64,000 bases of DNA from Pseudomonadales bacterium (GTDB lineage: Bacteria > Pseudomonadota > Gammaproteobacteria > Pseudomonadales > Azotimanducaceae): NCBI GenBank assembly GCA_022448085.1, contig JAKUTH010000004.1, positions 14,883 through 78,882 of the forward strand, in the 5' to 3' direction. This document shows, in pieces, positions 50,046 through 60,412 of this stretch; within the stretch, counting starts at the first letter, position 1; each line of letters starts with the position of its first letter. The translations under genes and the position numbers were made by a program. A model generated the notes under the pieces. It did no database searches. It was not told the origin of the DNA and was given only the letters and a program-made list of their open reading frames with translations.

Positions 50046-50978
50046 TCAGTCGTCGATGGCTGCGCCCACTTCTTCCTCGTCCGACGGCGTAACAACAAGA
50101 TCATCCAACGTCGTCTCGATTCTTTCCGCAATGTATGAGGCGAGTTCAAAATGGCCTTCCCGGCGGTTCGATGAAACCACGTAGCGGGAACTTGTTACGT
50201 CGCCGTCTGCTTTCTCCAGGCGCACAATCGTAAGATGCTGTGGTCCTTCATCATCGGTGACGATGTAGGTCAGTAATGGCCCGTCACTAACCGGCTCTTC
50301 ATAAATACCTGTGACCGTAAGGTTCCGGAAACGATCGATCAGGGTTTGCACGGCGTCCTGATCGAGGTCGCCGCCTTGATCGGATACCCATCCATCGTCC
50401 CCTTCGCTGGAAAGGGAAAAAACACCGTCGAGCGTAAGCTCCCGCACTTCACCCACGGCTTGTAGTATGGATCGGTCCAGCCATGACGCGGAGTCCATTC
50501 CGACCTCGTAAACCGAAAACTTGACACTGTATACAGGCCCGCCCGAGTCCGCCCTCGCGTGCACTTTGCGGTACCCCGGTGAAGTTCCAAGATACACGCC
50601 ACCCAGGACTTTATCGGCATCGTAAAGAACGATGTGGCGTTGATGGTTTTCGTTTGTCACTTCGAAACGCTCAGCCGTCGAATCTTGCTCTGCGACGGGC
50701 CAGCCACTATCGGTATCGGCTAGCTTGGTAAGGAACTGCTCAACCTTATCGGCGTCGGCTGGAATATCCGGTACCAATTGCCAGTTATCGGTGTCTCGCA
50801 CGAGGGTCACACCACGTTTTTCACCAATCGCTGAAATTTCGATTCTTTGAATCGAATCTGGTTCGAAACTTAGAAGAGGCTCTGGTCGCTGTTCGTCGTC
50901 TCCTAGTCGAAACCACCAGACCAGTGCCACCAATGCGATTTGAATAACCAGAATTGTGGCCAGTGTCGACTGCTTCAC
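50046..50978 (-). CDS. DUF4340-like periplasmic protein with N-terminal anchor
   Basis: 310 aa with a single N-terminal TM helix, then repeated beta-rich modules. Its position after a GldG-like gene is typical for DUF4340. The assignment is by context and pattern. Confidence 0.55.
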   Translation of the reverse strand: MKQSTLATILVIQIALVALVWWFRLGDDEQRPEPLLSFEPDSIQRIEISAIGEKRGVTLVRDTDNWQLVPDIPADADKVEQFLTKLADTDSGWPVAEQDSTAERFEVTNENHQRHIVLYDADKVLGGVYLGTSPGYRKVHARADSGGPVYSVKFSVYEVGMDSASWLDRSILQAVGEVRELTLDGVFSLSSEGDDGWVSDQGGDLDQDAVQTLIDRFRNLTVTGIYEEPVSDGPLLTYIVTDDEGPQHLTIVRLEKADGDVTSSRYVVSSNRREGHFELASYIAERIETTLDDLVVTPSDEEEVGAAIDD

Positions 50979-53911
50979 GACGTCTCTCCCAACACGGCCA
51001 GATACCGATCACGCCTTTTTGCGCCGAGGTAACGATGTATTAGAAAAACGACGAAAACCATCAACAAGGCAAGCACATAATTGCCGTATTCGTATACTCG
51101 CTGACCTAGATCGCCGAGTGGCGGCAACGTGCTCGCGTACTGGTTTCTGCCTCGGATCGTTTGCAAGACCTCGTCTTCCACCGCCCAATCAACCACGTTT
51201 TGGATCAGATCAAGCGGTCTGGTGTACAGCTGCCCGTTCGCAACGCCGACCAATTGGATGATTTGATCCGAAACAAAGGAGTTCGAACCAAATACCAGCA
51301 ACCGAGCAGATTCAGGAGAACGTTTAATAACGCCCGAGACGGTTCCCGGTCCAGCGTCCTCGTCATTTTCATTTTCGCCATCGCCTATCCGCCCGTCTTC
51401 GGATTCTTCGCTTACTAGCGCGGCTTCCTCTTGCAACAGCGGCGACTCGTCGAAAAAGGATTCAAAGCGCCCCGAAACCAGGACCCCTAGCAGTTGGCGT
51501 CCTTCTTCGCCATCTGACTGATACGGTTCAACCACATCGCCGCTAAGTTTCGGCATGACATCGGGCGAGGAGTCACGCCAGCTTTGACTCGAACTCCAAA
51601 TCAAACGCTGAACGTCGCGCGCCTCTGATCCGGTTTCGTCCACGTCAATGGGCGATGCCCATGACATCGTCAATTGCGGGAGGCCGACCGTGATGGGGTG
51701 GTCCGCTAGCATCGCCTCGTCGCGAATGTCGATAAAGAACGGGTAGTCCAACATTCGGTAATCCTGAAAGCTGAACCCGCCCACTCTTCGGGTAACTGGT
51801 GCTGGGAATTGTGCGTTTTGTGGATCAAGCACCATGGATTTGTCGATTGAGATACCGTGGTGCTGTAGCCAAGCTTCAAGTCCAGTCGTTTGCGGCACGG
51901 CTGAAAGCATCGACTGGGTCAGGGTGCTACGGAAGGCCGAGGTTGCGACAACGACGGTACCGCCCCGCATTAAATATTGATCGATCGCAAACACCGCGCG
52001 GTCGTCTAGAACGGTCGGATCAACGATGAGCAAAACGTCCACGCTGGCAGGGATCACGTCGGTTAGATCCGCGGGCTGGAGTTCATGGCTGCTACCAAGT
52101 ACGTCGCGTAGGCCGGCAAATTGGTTTCCCGGCATCTGCTGTCCACCAGGATACTGGGGCGGCGTTGGGGGCGGCGTGTAAAGCGCCGCTGTCTTCATCA
52201 AACCCGACGCGAAACGCTTTAGCCCTTCTTCCAACCCTCGCTCCAGCCCGTCGCCGTCGAGCGATTCAGGGATGGGGATCTGAACGACTGTCGTGTCATC
52301 CGTTAGGGTCAGGTGAAAATAGAACGTATTGGCATCGAAGAGACTCGCTGCCATGGGGCCAAACCCGAATTTGTCGGCGATTTCCTCGGCAACCGCGCCG
52401 TCGTTCGCGTCCGGGTCAACAATTTCCCACGAAAACCCGTCCCCGGCCTCCAACGCGGTACGTTCGAGCAGTTCCGTTAGAGACCGTCCTAACAACGCAA
52501 GCTCCTGAGGCATGCGTTCGTCGGGCGAAATGTAACCCGTAAAACGGATCGGTTGGACGATGTTTGACCAAACGCTGTCGCCACCCTGAAAGTCGTATAA
52601 CACCTTTTTGATGCTTCGGGTGACTGCGTACTCTGGATTCGGGAGCCAGACATCGAGATCGGTCTCGCCACGCTGCTTAACATCGATCAATTCACGGAAA
52701 CTCAACACCTCGTATTCATCGCCGTATTGAACGAGAACATCGAAATACGAATTGACCAAACTCGCTTCGTGCCGGTCAGCCGTCTGAAAGGGTACCGGGC
52801 GAATGCCGTACTTGGTGTTCGCCTCGTCCTCCAATTCCGCATTATCCGCGGGATTGACGATCTCCACCCTTACTCGATCACCGCCGGCCACACCGTATTC
52901 GACCAACAGATCTTGCATTTGAGGCACCAGCGGTGCCAACAACGGATGCGTTTTTTTACTGAAATAGCCCCTGATTAGCAACGGTTCACGCAATCGTCTC
53001 AGGTATTGTAACGTCGCCTCTGACATCGAATACTGGTCGCCGCGGGTGACGTCCCAGCGCATGGAATTACCCACACCGTCTAACCAGACGTTGACCACAA
53101 GAACATTCGCCACAACTAGCCCTAACAGGATTTTCGATCGGCGATGACGGGCCGGCTGAGCATCTTCTGACCATCCCTGGCGATCCAACCCGTAGACATT
53201 TAATGCAAGAAACCCGACCGCGATCGACGCATAGAAATAGAGATCTCGAAAGTCGAGCATACCGCGCGTGATCGATTCGAAGCGCGAGCCCGAACCGAAC
53301 ATTCGCAAAATATTGGCACTGTTGTTATCAACTAGGTCAAGTAGGAAAGGGCTACCAATCAAATAGAAGGACCCACAAGCCAAAGACGCCAAAATCAGCG
53401 CGACGATTTGATTGTCGCTCCTGGCACTGACAAACAAACCAATGGCTATATAACTCGCTCCCAGGAGAATCGCGGCAACATAACCGGCAAGAACCGGTCC
53501 CCAGTCCAAACCCGCTAGGCTGTTGTCGGCAACCGCCAACGTGAGTGGGAGGGGTAATGTGAGCACCAAAGCAATACCGAGCAGCACCCAGCACGCAAGA
53601 AACTTTCCAATAACGAGCTCCAAGGTCGTCGCCGGAAGCGTGAGAAGAAATTCTAGCGTTCCACTGCGACGCTCCTCACTCCACATTCGCATCGTGAGCG
53701 CAGAAGACAAAAAAATCAGCAAGACAGGCATCCATTCGAACATCGGCCGAACGTCCAAGATATTCCGTGCAAAAAATGCCTCACCCCAAAAGAAAACAAA
53801 GAGCGTGGAACCGAGAAACGCGAGCAAAAATAAGTAACCTATCGGCGACCCGAAGAACTGGATAAGCTCTTTGGCAGCGACCTCCATACTCTTGCTCTTG
53901 CTAGCGAACAT
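50975..53911 (-). CDS. fused ABC-2 permease (GldF-like) / GldG-like auxiliary component
   Basis: 978 aa. The N-terminal roughly 250 aa form a polytopic ABC-2 permease (EERRSGTLEFLLTLP). A large periplasmic GldG-type region follows (DVTRGDQYSMSEATLQYLRRL..., LLIRGYFS), then a C-terminal TM anchor. Confidence 0.7.
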   Translation of the reverse strand: MFASKSKSMEVAAKELIQFFGSPIGYLFLLAFLGSTLFVFFWGEAFFARNILDVRPMFEWMPVLLIFLSSALTMRMWSEERRSGTLEFLLTLPATTLELVIGKFLACWVLLGIALVLTLPLPLTLAVADNSLAGLDWGPVLAGYVAAILLGASYIAIGLFVSARSDNQIVALILASLACGSFYLIGSPFLLDLVDNNSANILRMFGSGSRFESITRGMLDFRDLYFYASIAVGFLALNVYGLDRQGWSEDAQPARHRRSKILLGLVVANVLVVNVWLDGVGNSMRWDVTRGDQYSMSEATLQYLRRLREPLLIRGYFSKKTHPLLAPLVPQMQDLLVEYGVAGGDRVRVEIVNPADNAELEDEANTKYGIRPVPFQTADRHEASLVNSYFDVLVQYGDEYEVLSFRELIDVKQRGETDLDVWLPNPEYAVTRSIKKVLYDFQGGDSVWSNIVQPIRFTGYISPDERMPQELALLGRSLTELLERTALEAGDGFSWEIVDPDANDGAVAEEIADKFGFGPMAASLFDANTFYFHLTLTDDTTVVQIPIPESLDGDGLERGLEEGLKRFASGLMKTAALYTPPPTPPQYPGGQQMPGNQFAGLRDVLGSSHELQPADLTDVIPASVDVLLIVDPTVLDDRAVFAIDQYLMRGGTVVVATSAFRSTLTQSMLSAVPQTTGLEAWLQHHGISIDKSMVLDPQNAQFPAPVTRRVGGFSFQDYRMLDYPFFIDIRDEAMLADHPITVGLPQLTMSWASPIDVDETGSEARDVQRLIWSSSQSWRDSSPDVMPKLSGDVVEPYQSDGEEGRQLLGVLVSGRFESFFDESPLLQEEAALVSEESEDGRIGDGENENDEDAGPGTVSGVIKRSPESARLLVFGSNSFVSDQIIQLVGVANGQLYTRPLDLIQNVVDWAVEDEVLQTIRGRNQYASTLPPLGDLGQRVYEYGNYVLALLMVFVVFLIHRYLGAKRRDRYLAVLGETS

Positions 53912-54812
53912 CGTGGACCTCGCTTACTTCCCGGAAGAGCCTTTCCAAATCACGTTGAACTGGTGCCAAACTATGGATCGGAATTTCCTTAGCCACTAAG
54001 GCTCGAGCCACCTGAGCAGCGAGTTCCTCAGGTTCGACACCGGTTCGGGTGAGGAATATCCGGTCGTCTTCCAACACGACATTTGCCGTTGCATGGAGCG
54101 CGTTCTCGACGTCCGCGGGACGTGCCGAAGTCGTTAACTCGATCGTGTCAGCGCGTTTCAAATCTTCGAGCTTTTCATCGATCGCCAGTTCGCCATCGCG
54201 CATGATCAACACTCGATCACAAATTGCGTCTACTTCTTGCATGATGTGGGTCGAAAGGATCACCGTCGCGGTTTTGGCCAGATCCTTCAGAAGACGCCGC
54301 ATCTCTTCGGTCTGTCGAGGATCAAGTCCGTTAGTCGGTTCGTCGAGAATTAGCACGGGCGGCTTATGCAAAATTGCTTGCGCAACCCCAACACGCTGCT
54401 GAAACCCTCGCGATAGGGTACCTAGCTTATCAAGGGCTCGAGATCCGAGATCCATCGCCTCGATCACATCCCGTAGCCCGGATTCCGCTTCCTTCCCGGC
54501 CATACCACGCATGCTTGCGGCAAAGGTTAGGTAGTCGAAGACCGACATATCTGGGTAAAGCGGGCGATTTTCGGGTAGATAACCGACCTTACTCTGCACC
54601 GCTACGGGTTCGTCGCGAACGTCAATTCCATCGACCAGACCTCGCCCAGAAGTCGGTTCGAGGTATCCCGTAAGCATTTTCATGACGGTGGTTTTGCCGG
54701 CTCCGTTATGCCCAAGAAGGCCTACGATTTCAGCTGAGCCAACCTCGAAACTGACCTCAGAAACAGCCACTACGGCGCCGTAATGTCGCGTTAATCCATC
54801 GGCTTCAATCAC
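53901..54812 (-). CDS. ABC transporter ATP-binding protein (GldA/ABC-2 type)
   Basis: 303 aa with GHNGAGKTT, LSRGFQQRVGVAQA and LILDEPTNGLD. Confidence 0.9.
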   Translation of the reverse strand: MIEADGLTRHYGAVVAVSEVSFEVGSAEIVGLLGHNGAGKTTVMKMLTGYLEPTSGRGLVDGIDVRDEPVAVQSKVGYLPENRPLYPDMSVFDYLTFAASMRGMAGKEAESGLRDVIEAMDLGSRALDKLGTLSRGFQQRVGVAQAILHKPPVLILDEPTNGLDPRQTEEMRRLLKDLAKTATVILSTHIMQEVDAICDRVLIMRDGELAIDEKLEDLKRADTIELTTSARPADVENALHATANVVLEDDRIFLTRTGVEPEELAAQVARALVAKEIPIHSLAPVQRDLERLFREVSEVHDVR

Positions 54813-54933
54813 TATTATTCTTTCCCTAGTCGTACTTCAATACTCGCAGGCGGCATAGACTAATGTCCATGAAACACAAATTCCATCCCGGCAAGCCCTA
54901 GGCACTTAAGCAACGTTACCCCAGGCTGCCCGC

Positions 54934-55548
54934 ATGACTAGCCGTTACATAATCCCTGGCCCAGCCGGTAATTTGGAAGCCATGGTCAATGACTCGAACG
55001 GAGGTTCTTGGGTCATACTGTGTCACCCTCATCCTCTCTATGGCGGTTCGATGTTCGACGCGGTTCTCGACACTGTCGAACAAGCGTTGACGCCTATGAA
55101 CCTACGGACCCTACGATTCAATTTTCGCGGCGTCGGGTCTAGTGAAGGCGAACACGATAACGGGGAAGGCGAAGTGAACGATCTACTCTCGGTCGTGGAG
55201 TGGCTCTGCGAAGCGAAAAACCCGTCAACTCTCTCAGTCGCCGGTTACTCATTCGGTTCCGTGGTGGCGAGCCGAGGTGTTGCCAACAACAACACCGTGT
55301 CTCGTGTCATGTTAATTGCTCCGCCCACGTCTTCGATGGCATTAACAAACGACCTTACGTTGCCCATACGAATCATCGTCGGCGATGCCGACCCGTTCGT
55401 TGACCTTCCGCAGCTCCAACAATGGCAGCACGACCAACACGATGCCGAAATTACGACGATCCCTGGGGCCGATCACTTCTTCGGCGGCCAACACGAGGCA
55501 TTGCAATCGGCAACGTCGGCTATTTTCAGTGAAGCCCTGCCCCCGTGA
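54934..55548 (+). CDS. small alpha/beta hydrolase
   Basis: 204 aa with a GYSFGS nucleophile elbow and a late D...H (GDADPF, GADHFF). Confidence 0.75.
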   Translation: MTSRYIIPGPAGNLEAMVNDSNGGSWVILCHPHPLYGGSMFDAVLDTVEQALTPMNLRTLRFNFRGVGSSEGEHDNGEGEVNDLLSVVEWLCEAKNPSTLSVAGYSFGSVVASRGVANNNTVSRVMLIAPPTSSMALTNDLTLPIRIIVGDADPFVDLPQLQQWQHDQHDAEITTIPGADHFFGGQHEALQSATSAIFSEALPP

Positions 55549-56203
55549 TCCAACCATGACTAACGAATACAGCCGCATAAACGGCTAGCCCCAACACAAT
55601 CGGCAACCATAAGTCTTTCCAGTGGAGTGTGGCCCGACCCGCCGCAATAGCACCGAACGGGACGTTCGATGTGCGTGCAGTAAAAACACGCCATGCGTCC
55701 TCTTGCTCACGGGCCATTCGCGTATCGATCAAGTACGTGCCAAAGGCCGAGATAAGCCCGAACGTACCGAAGAAAATTAAGGAGGCGACGTCACCATTCG
55801 CTGTCATATGTCCCGCAACCCATAACACCACGGCCCACTGAAACGGATGGCGGGTAATGCATATGACGCCACGTGGTTCCGTTCCCAACTCGCCTTCTTT
55901 CCCAACACTCGTTGGGTTCTTGGTCGAAAACGCTCCGACGGCGAGTACGAAAGAAAACCCCACCAACACGTACGTTGACCACCAGTGGGCTTGGCTTGGC
56001 ACCCACAAATACGGACTCACCGGTCGGTCCGCGTAGCTCAAGATCATGAACCCAAGCGCGAACACCGCGACGATAGAGTACGCGGCGAGGTACCCGTTGC
56101 GACCGAACCGCTCGATTAGCACTGAGCGAAATGACGTGCTGCTAATTCCGAGGTGTGAAATCAGGAACAACGCGCTCGAGAAAACCAGCCTTGACAAAAC
56201 CAT
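55526..56203 (-). CDS. NnrU-family membrane protein
   Basis: 225 aa, polytopic, with HLGISS... and ITRHPFQWAVVLW, typical of NnrU. Confidence 0.75.
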   Translation of the reverse strand: MVLSRLVFSSALFLISHLGISSTSFRSVLIERFGRNGYLAAYSIVAVFALGFMILSYADRPVSPYLWVPSQAHWWSTYVLVGFSFVLAVGAFSTKNPTSVGKEGELGTEPRGVICITRHPFQWAVVLWVAGHMTANGDVASLIFFGTFGLISAFGTYLIDTRMAREQEDAWRVFTARTSNVPFGAIAAGRATLHWKDLWLPIVLGLAVYAAVFVSHGWITGAGLH

Positions 56204-56303
56204 GCCTCATCCATGGATAAGAATTTAATCCTGCATCCATGGAGCACAAAAGCCAACCTAGCGAGCTGTGCTACGCTCTTTGCCATCAGCTTGGGGGAAG
56301 GCG

Positions 56304-57173
56304 ATGCGCGACGTTACTGGAAAAGTTGCATTCATCACTGGCGGCGCGAGTGGCATGGGCTTAGCGATGGCCCGTTCGTTCGCAGCTGCCGGTATGAAAG
56401 TTGCGATCGCGGATATCGAACAAGATGCGCTCGATCGCGTCAAAGCGGAGTTCGACGCGAGCAACGCCGAAGTCATTACCCTTCAAGTCGACGTGACCGA
56501 TCGAGCCGCGATGGAAGCCGCCGCGGACGCTACCGAAGCGGCTTTCGATAAAGTTCACGTCCTCGTAAACAATGCTGGCGTCGCCGTCGGCGGATCGCTG
56601 GATCAGATGTCTTACGAGGATTGGGATTGGGTCATGGGCGTTAATCTCGACGGCGTGGTCAATGGCCTACAAGCGTTCGTGCAGCGAATTAAAGCTCACG
56701 GTGAGGGCGGCCATGTCGTCAATACCGCATCCCTCGCGGGCCACTTCGCGATTCCGGGACTAGGCGTTTATACCGCGACCAAATACGCGGTCGTTGGTAT
56801 ATCCGAAACGCTCCGCGCTGATCTCAAACAACACGATATTGGGGTTTCCGTGCTTTGTCCCGGGGTGGTCAACACCAATATTTTCGATTCAGGACGCAAT
56901 CGGCCCAGCCATCTTCAGGGTGAAACGGACACGGCGAAAATGGTCCTATCGGAGGACGTAGCGGGGCCGGAACAGGAGCAACGCATAGCAGAAATGATGA
57001 CCAAAGCGCTGGATCCGGCCGTGGTCGGCGATATGGTTTTGCATTCGATCCAAGAAGACGAGTTCTACATTTTCTCGCATCCGGAAGTCGAACCGATGGT
57101 GTCTGGAAGGGCGGCCGAAGTCACCGACGCGTTTGCGCGATGGCGCAAATACCGCGAGGACCACGGCGTCTGA
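56304..57173 (+). CDS. SDR-family oxidoreductase
   Basis: ATG at 56304 (MRDVTGKVAFITGGASGMG), with NNAG and YTATKYA. The track start at 56268 is probably an over-extension. Confidence 0.88.
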   Translation: MRDVTGKVAFITGGASGMGLAMARSFAAAGMKVAIADIEQDALDRVKAEFDASNAEVITLQVDVTDRAAMEAAADATEAAFDKVHVLVNNAGVAVGGSLDQMSYEDWDWVMGVNLDGVVNGLQAFVQRIKAHGEGGHVVNTASLAGHFAIPGLGVYTATKYAVVGISETLRADLKQHDIGVSVLCPGVVNTNIFDSGRNRPSHLQGETDTAKMVLSEDVAGPEQEQRIAEMMTKALDPAVVGDMVLHSIQEDEFYIFSHPEVEPMVSGRAAEVTDAFARWRKYREDHGV

Positions 57174-58306
57174 ACACGGAATTGAACCGAGCGTTGGTCG
57201 GCGTTACCGGAGGCGCTACAAGACTGCAGACACCTGCTCTGGTCATCGATTTGGTCCGCTTTAAAAACAACCTTGAGACCATGAGCACGCACTGCCAAAC
57301 GGTTGGTGTCGCCTTGCGCCCCCACACAAAAACCCACAAATGCGCTGCCATAGCAAAACTGCAAATTGAGGCCGGGGCCCGGGGTATCTGTTGTGCAAAA
57401 TTAGGGGAGGCCGAGGCTATGCAAACCGCTGGCATTCAAGACATTCTACTCACGTCCCCCGTCGTCACCCCGAGTGGCATCGACCGCCTCCTGAATTTGA
57501 ATGAGAGCGATACCGACATCTTTGCCGTCGTCGATAATCCGGTGAATGGCACGGCACTCAATGACGCCGCCCGAAAATTTAGTACCCCACTAAAGGTTCT
57601 ACTCGACCTCGATCCGGGTCTTCACCGAACAGGCATAGAACCTGGCCCAGGCGCTTTGGAATTGGCCCGGCAACTTTCGGAATCCGCTTACCTCGACTTT
57701 ACCGGACTCCAAATGTATGCCGGACACCTCATGCATATCACGCCGTACGACGAGCGCCACGACCAGTCAGTGGCTGTTATGGAAACGCTGGTTCATTTCC
57801 GAAACGAACTTCAACAAGTGGGTATCGCTTGCCCGGTCACCAGCGGCGGCGGAACGGGCACGTTCGATATCGACCCGGAAACGGGGGCACTCGATGAACT
57901 GCAAGCGGGGTCGTACCCATTCATGGATCGACAGTACAACGAAATTGAGGCTAGGCAGGGTGACCACCCTGCATTTTTTACCTCACTGTTCGTGCAGACG
58001 ACGGTCGTATCCGCGAATCACGACAATCTCATCACAACCGATGCCGGCCTTAAGGCCTTCGCAACCGACGATAAAAATCCCGAACTCCACGAAGGTGGAC
58101 CGCAAGACGGTCGTTACTTCTTTTTTGGTGACGAACATGGCGGTGTTCGGTGGCGTACAACTGAGGAATTTGCTGTTGGCGACTGGATGCGCGTCATCAC
58201 ACCGCACTGCGACCCAACGTTTAACCTATATGACGTCGTTCACGTCATCGAAGGAGACACACTCGTCGACATCTGGCCCATAGATGCCCGCGGACGTTCA
58301 GCGTAA
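57140..58306 (+). CDS. DSD1-family D-serine dehydratase / D-threonine aldolase-like PLP enzyme
   Basis: 388 aa with LQTPALVIDL and RPHTKTHKC (PLP Lys) in an alanine-racemase-like N-domain. The start is uncertain: ATG 57140 overlaps the SDR by 34 nt, and TTG 57182 is an alternative. Confidence 0.75.
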   Translation: MAQIPRGPRRLNTELNRALVGVTGGATRLQTPALVIDLVRFKNNLETMSTHCQTVGVALRPHTKTHKCAAIAKLQIEAGARGICCAKLGEAEAMQTAGIQDILLTSPVVTPSGIDRLLNLNESDTDIFAVVDNPVNGTALNDAARKFSTPLKVLLDLDPGLHRTGIEPGPGALELARQLSESAYLDFTGLQMYAGHLMHITPYDERHDQSVAVMETLVHFRNELQQVGIACPVTSGGGTGTFDIDPETGALDELQAGSYPFMDRQYNEIEARQGDHPAFFTSLFVQTTVVSANHDNLITTDAGLKAFATDDKNPELHEGGPQDGRYFFFGDEHGGVRWRTTEEFAVGDWMRVITPHCDPTFNLYDVVHVIEGDTLVDIWPIDARGRSA

Positions 58307-58316
58307 CAACGCCTTG

Positions 58317-59105
58317 TTAAAGTCCCCTTGCAAACACCGCAAGCGCGTCGAGCACGTCATTGGGTCGTTCGCTCAACATAAAGTGGCCGCAGCCGTCGAG
58401 CTTAACGATTTCGGCATTCGGTAACGCTTTCGCGACTTCGAGTCCCGCCCGAGCTGGTGTCATTAAATCCGCGCCGGCTGCGATTACGAGTGCAGGGCAT
58501 ATGACCTCATGGGAAACTTCAGCAAAACTATGGCAGGCTCCTAGATCAGCGTGAAGGACGCCCCGGGTCGCCCGTTCGAGGAGTCTTTCGCCCATGCCCA
58601 GCATCCAAACGCCTGGGTTGCTATTTGCACCCACCTTTCCCTGAAATGAATGACTCCATGTATTGATCATCTCAATCGCGGCATGATCGTTGTCGGCTGC
58701 CGCGTTCAACAACACGTCGGTAACGGGCATCGGGACCGATGTGCCCAAAAGAGCGATGGCGCGACAACGATCCGGGTGATCCACGGCAAATCGATAGGCG
58801 ACCAAAGAACCCATGCTATGACCCACGATAATCGACGGGGCGAAACCAAGGACATCGACGACGACGGACAACCAATCAGCCATCGCATCGATCGTATCCA
58901 GCGGAGCGCCTTGGCTCCGCCCATGCCCGGGGAGATCGACGGCGGCGCTATTGAATCCGTGGCGGGCAAAGTATCGAGCCGGCATTACCCAAATGCTGTG
59001 ATCCATACCCGCACCATGGATAAACACAATCCCCGGAGCATCGGGTTGGTGTCCAGAGGTGCCCGTCGACACAAATACACGTTCTGCGTTCACGTCAAGG
59101 TACAT
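58317..59105 (-). CDS. alpha/beta hydrolase
   Basis: 262 aa with IHGAGMDHSIW, GHSMGS and a C-terminal GCGHF. It lies 2 nt downstream of metY. Confidence 0.8.
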   Translation of the reverse strand: MYLDVNAERVFVSTGTSGHQPDAPGIVFIHGAGMDHSIWVMPARYFARHGFNSAAVDLPGHGRSQGAPLDTIDAMADWLSVVVDVLGFAPSIIVGHSMGSLVAYRFAVDHPDRCRAIALLGTSVPMPVTDVLLNAAADNDHAAIEMINTWSHSFQGKVGANSNPGVWMLGMGERLLERATRGVLHADLGACHSFAEVSHEVICPALVIAAGADLMTPARAGLEVAKALPNAEIVKLDGCGHFMLSERPNDVLDALAVFARGL

Positions 59106-59107
59106 CG

Positions 59108-60412
59108 TCAGCCTCTTTGCGAACGACGTAGTCCGCGTCCCAGATCCTCGATCAAGTCGTCCGGGTCCTCCAATCCGATAGAAAGTCGAACAAGACCTTC
59201 ACCAATACCCGCGCTCGCAAGCGCATCGGTACTCATGCGGTGATGGGTAGTACTCGCTGGATGAATCACCAGGGATTTCGCATCGCCAATATTGGCTAGG
59301 TGTGAAAAAAGTGAAAGCGCTTCGATAAACGCTCGCCCTGCGCCTCGGCCGCCTTTGATATTGAAACTGAATACTGCACCCGCGCCTTTTGGCAGCAATC
59401 GAGAAGCGAGTTCCCGATCCGGATGCGAATCGAGCTCCGGATAGAGCACGGACTCAACGGCTTCGTGTTCGTCCAAAAAGGCCACAACTCGGCGGGTATT
59501 CTCCACGTGACGCTGCATCCGTAACGGCAGTGTTTCTATACCTTGCAACACGTGAAATGCGGTCGTCGGTGCCATGCAAGCACCAAAATCCCGAATGCCC
59601 TCTTTCCGTGCTCGTGTAATGAAAGCCAGCGGTCCAAATTCTTCCGCAAAAACCAGATCGTGAAACCCCTCGTACGGTTGCGTCAACGTTGGAAATCGTT
59701 CCGATGTTTCCCAGTCGAACGTCCCACCATCGACCAGCAAGCCGCCGATAACAATGCCGTGCCCACTTAAGAATTTAGTCGCTGAATGCACGACGATATC
59801 GGCACCGTGCTCGATGGGCTTACACAAGTACGGTGTCGCAAAAGTCGAATCCACAACCAGTGGCATTCCAGCATCATGCGCGACCTCAGCAAGCGCTGAC
59901 AGATCGAGCACTTCGAGGCCCGGGTTACCCAAGATCTCTCCGAATAACAGTTTGGTTGATGGTGTAATTGCGCTTCTGAACGCTTCGACAGAACGGGGAT
60001 CCACGAACGTGGTCTCGATACCAAAACGGGGCAACGTGTACTCAAGCAAATTGTGGGTACCACCGTACAGCGATCTGGACGCGACGATATGATCCCCGGC
60101 CGAACAAAGTGTCGCGACCGCGAGGTGCATGGCCGCTTGGCCGCTGGCGGTTGCGATCGCCCCAACACCCCCTTCCAAGGCTGACAACCGTTCTTCCAAT
60201 ACCGCGTTAGTCGGATTGGAGAGCCTCGAATAGACGTGTCCCGCTCGCTCGATATTGAACAACCCGGCCGCGAAATCGGAGTCCGGAAATACGAACGAAG
60301 CCGACTGATATATCGGCGTTGCGCGGGCGCCTGTCACCGGGTCCGGCTGCTGTCCCGCGTGCAGCGTTAACGTATCAAATCCGGTCGACCGGGGCCCTTC
60401 ATGTTCAGACAT
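59108..60412 (-). CDS. metY: O-acetylhomoserine aminocarboxypropyltransferase (sulfhydrylase)
   Basis: ATG at 60412 (MSEHEGPRSTGFDTLTLHAGQ...), with YSRLSNPTN and SATKFLSGHG (PLP Lys). Confidence 0.88.
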   Translation of the reverse strand: MSEHEGPRSTGFDTLTLHAGQQPDPVTGARATPIYQSASFVFPDSDFAAGLFNIERAGHVYSRLSNPTNAVLEERLSALEGGVGAIATASGQAAMHLAVATLCSAGDHIVASRSLYGGTHNLLEYTLPRFGIETTFVDPRSVEAFRSAITPSTKLLFGEILGNPGLEVLDLSALAEVAHDAGMPLVVDSTFATPYLCKPIEHGADIVVHSATKFLSGHGIVIGGLLVDGGTFDWETSERFPTLTQPYEGFHDLVFAEEFGPLAFITRARKEGIRDFGACMAPTTAFHVLQGIETLPLRMQRHVENTRRVVAFLDEHEAVESVLYPELDSHPDRELASRLLPKGAGAVFSFNIKGGRGAGRAFIEALSLFSHLANIGDAKSLVIHPASTTHHRMSTDALASAGIGEGLVRLSIGLEDPDDLIEDLGRGLRRSQRG

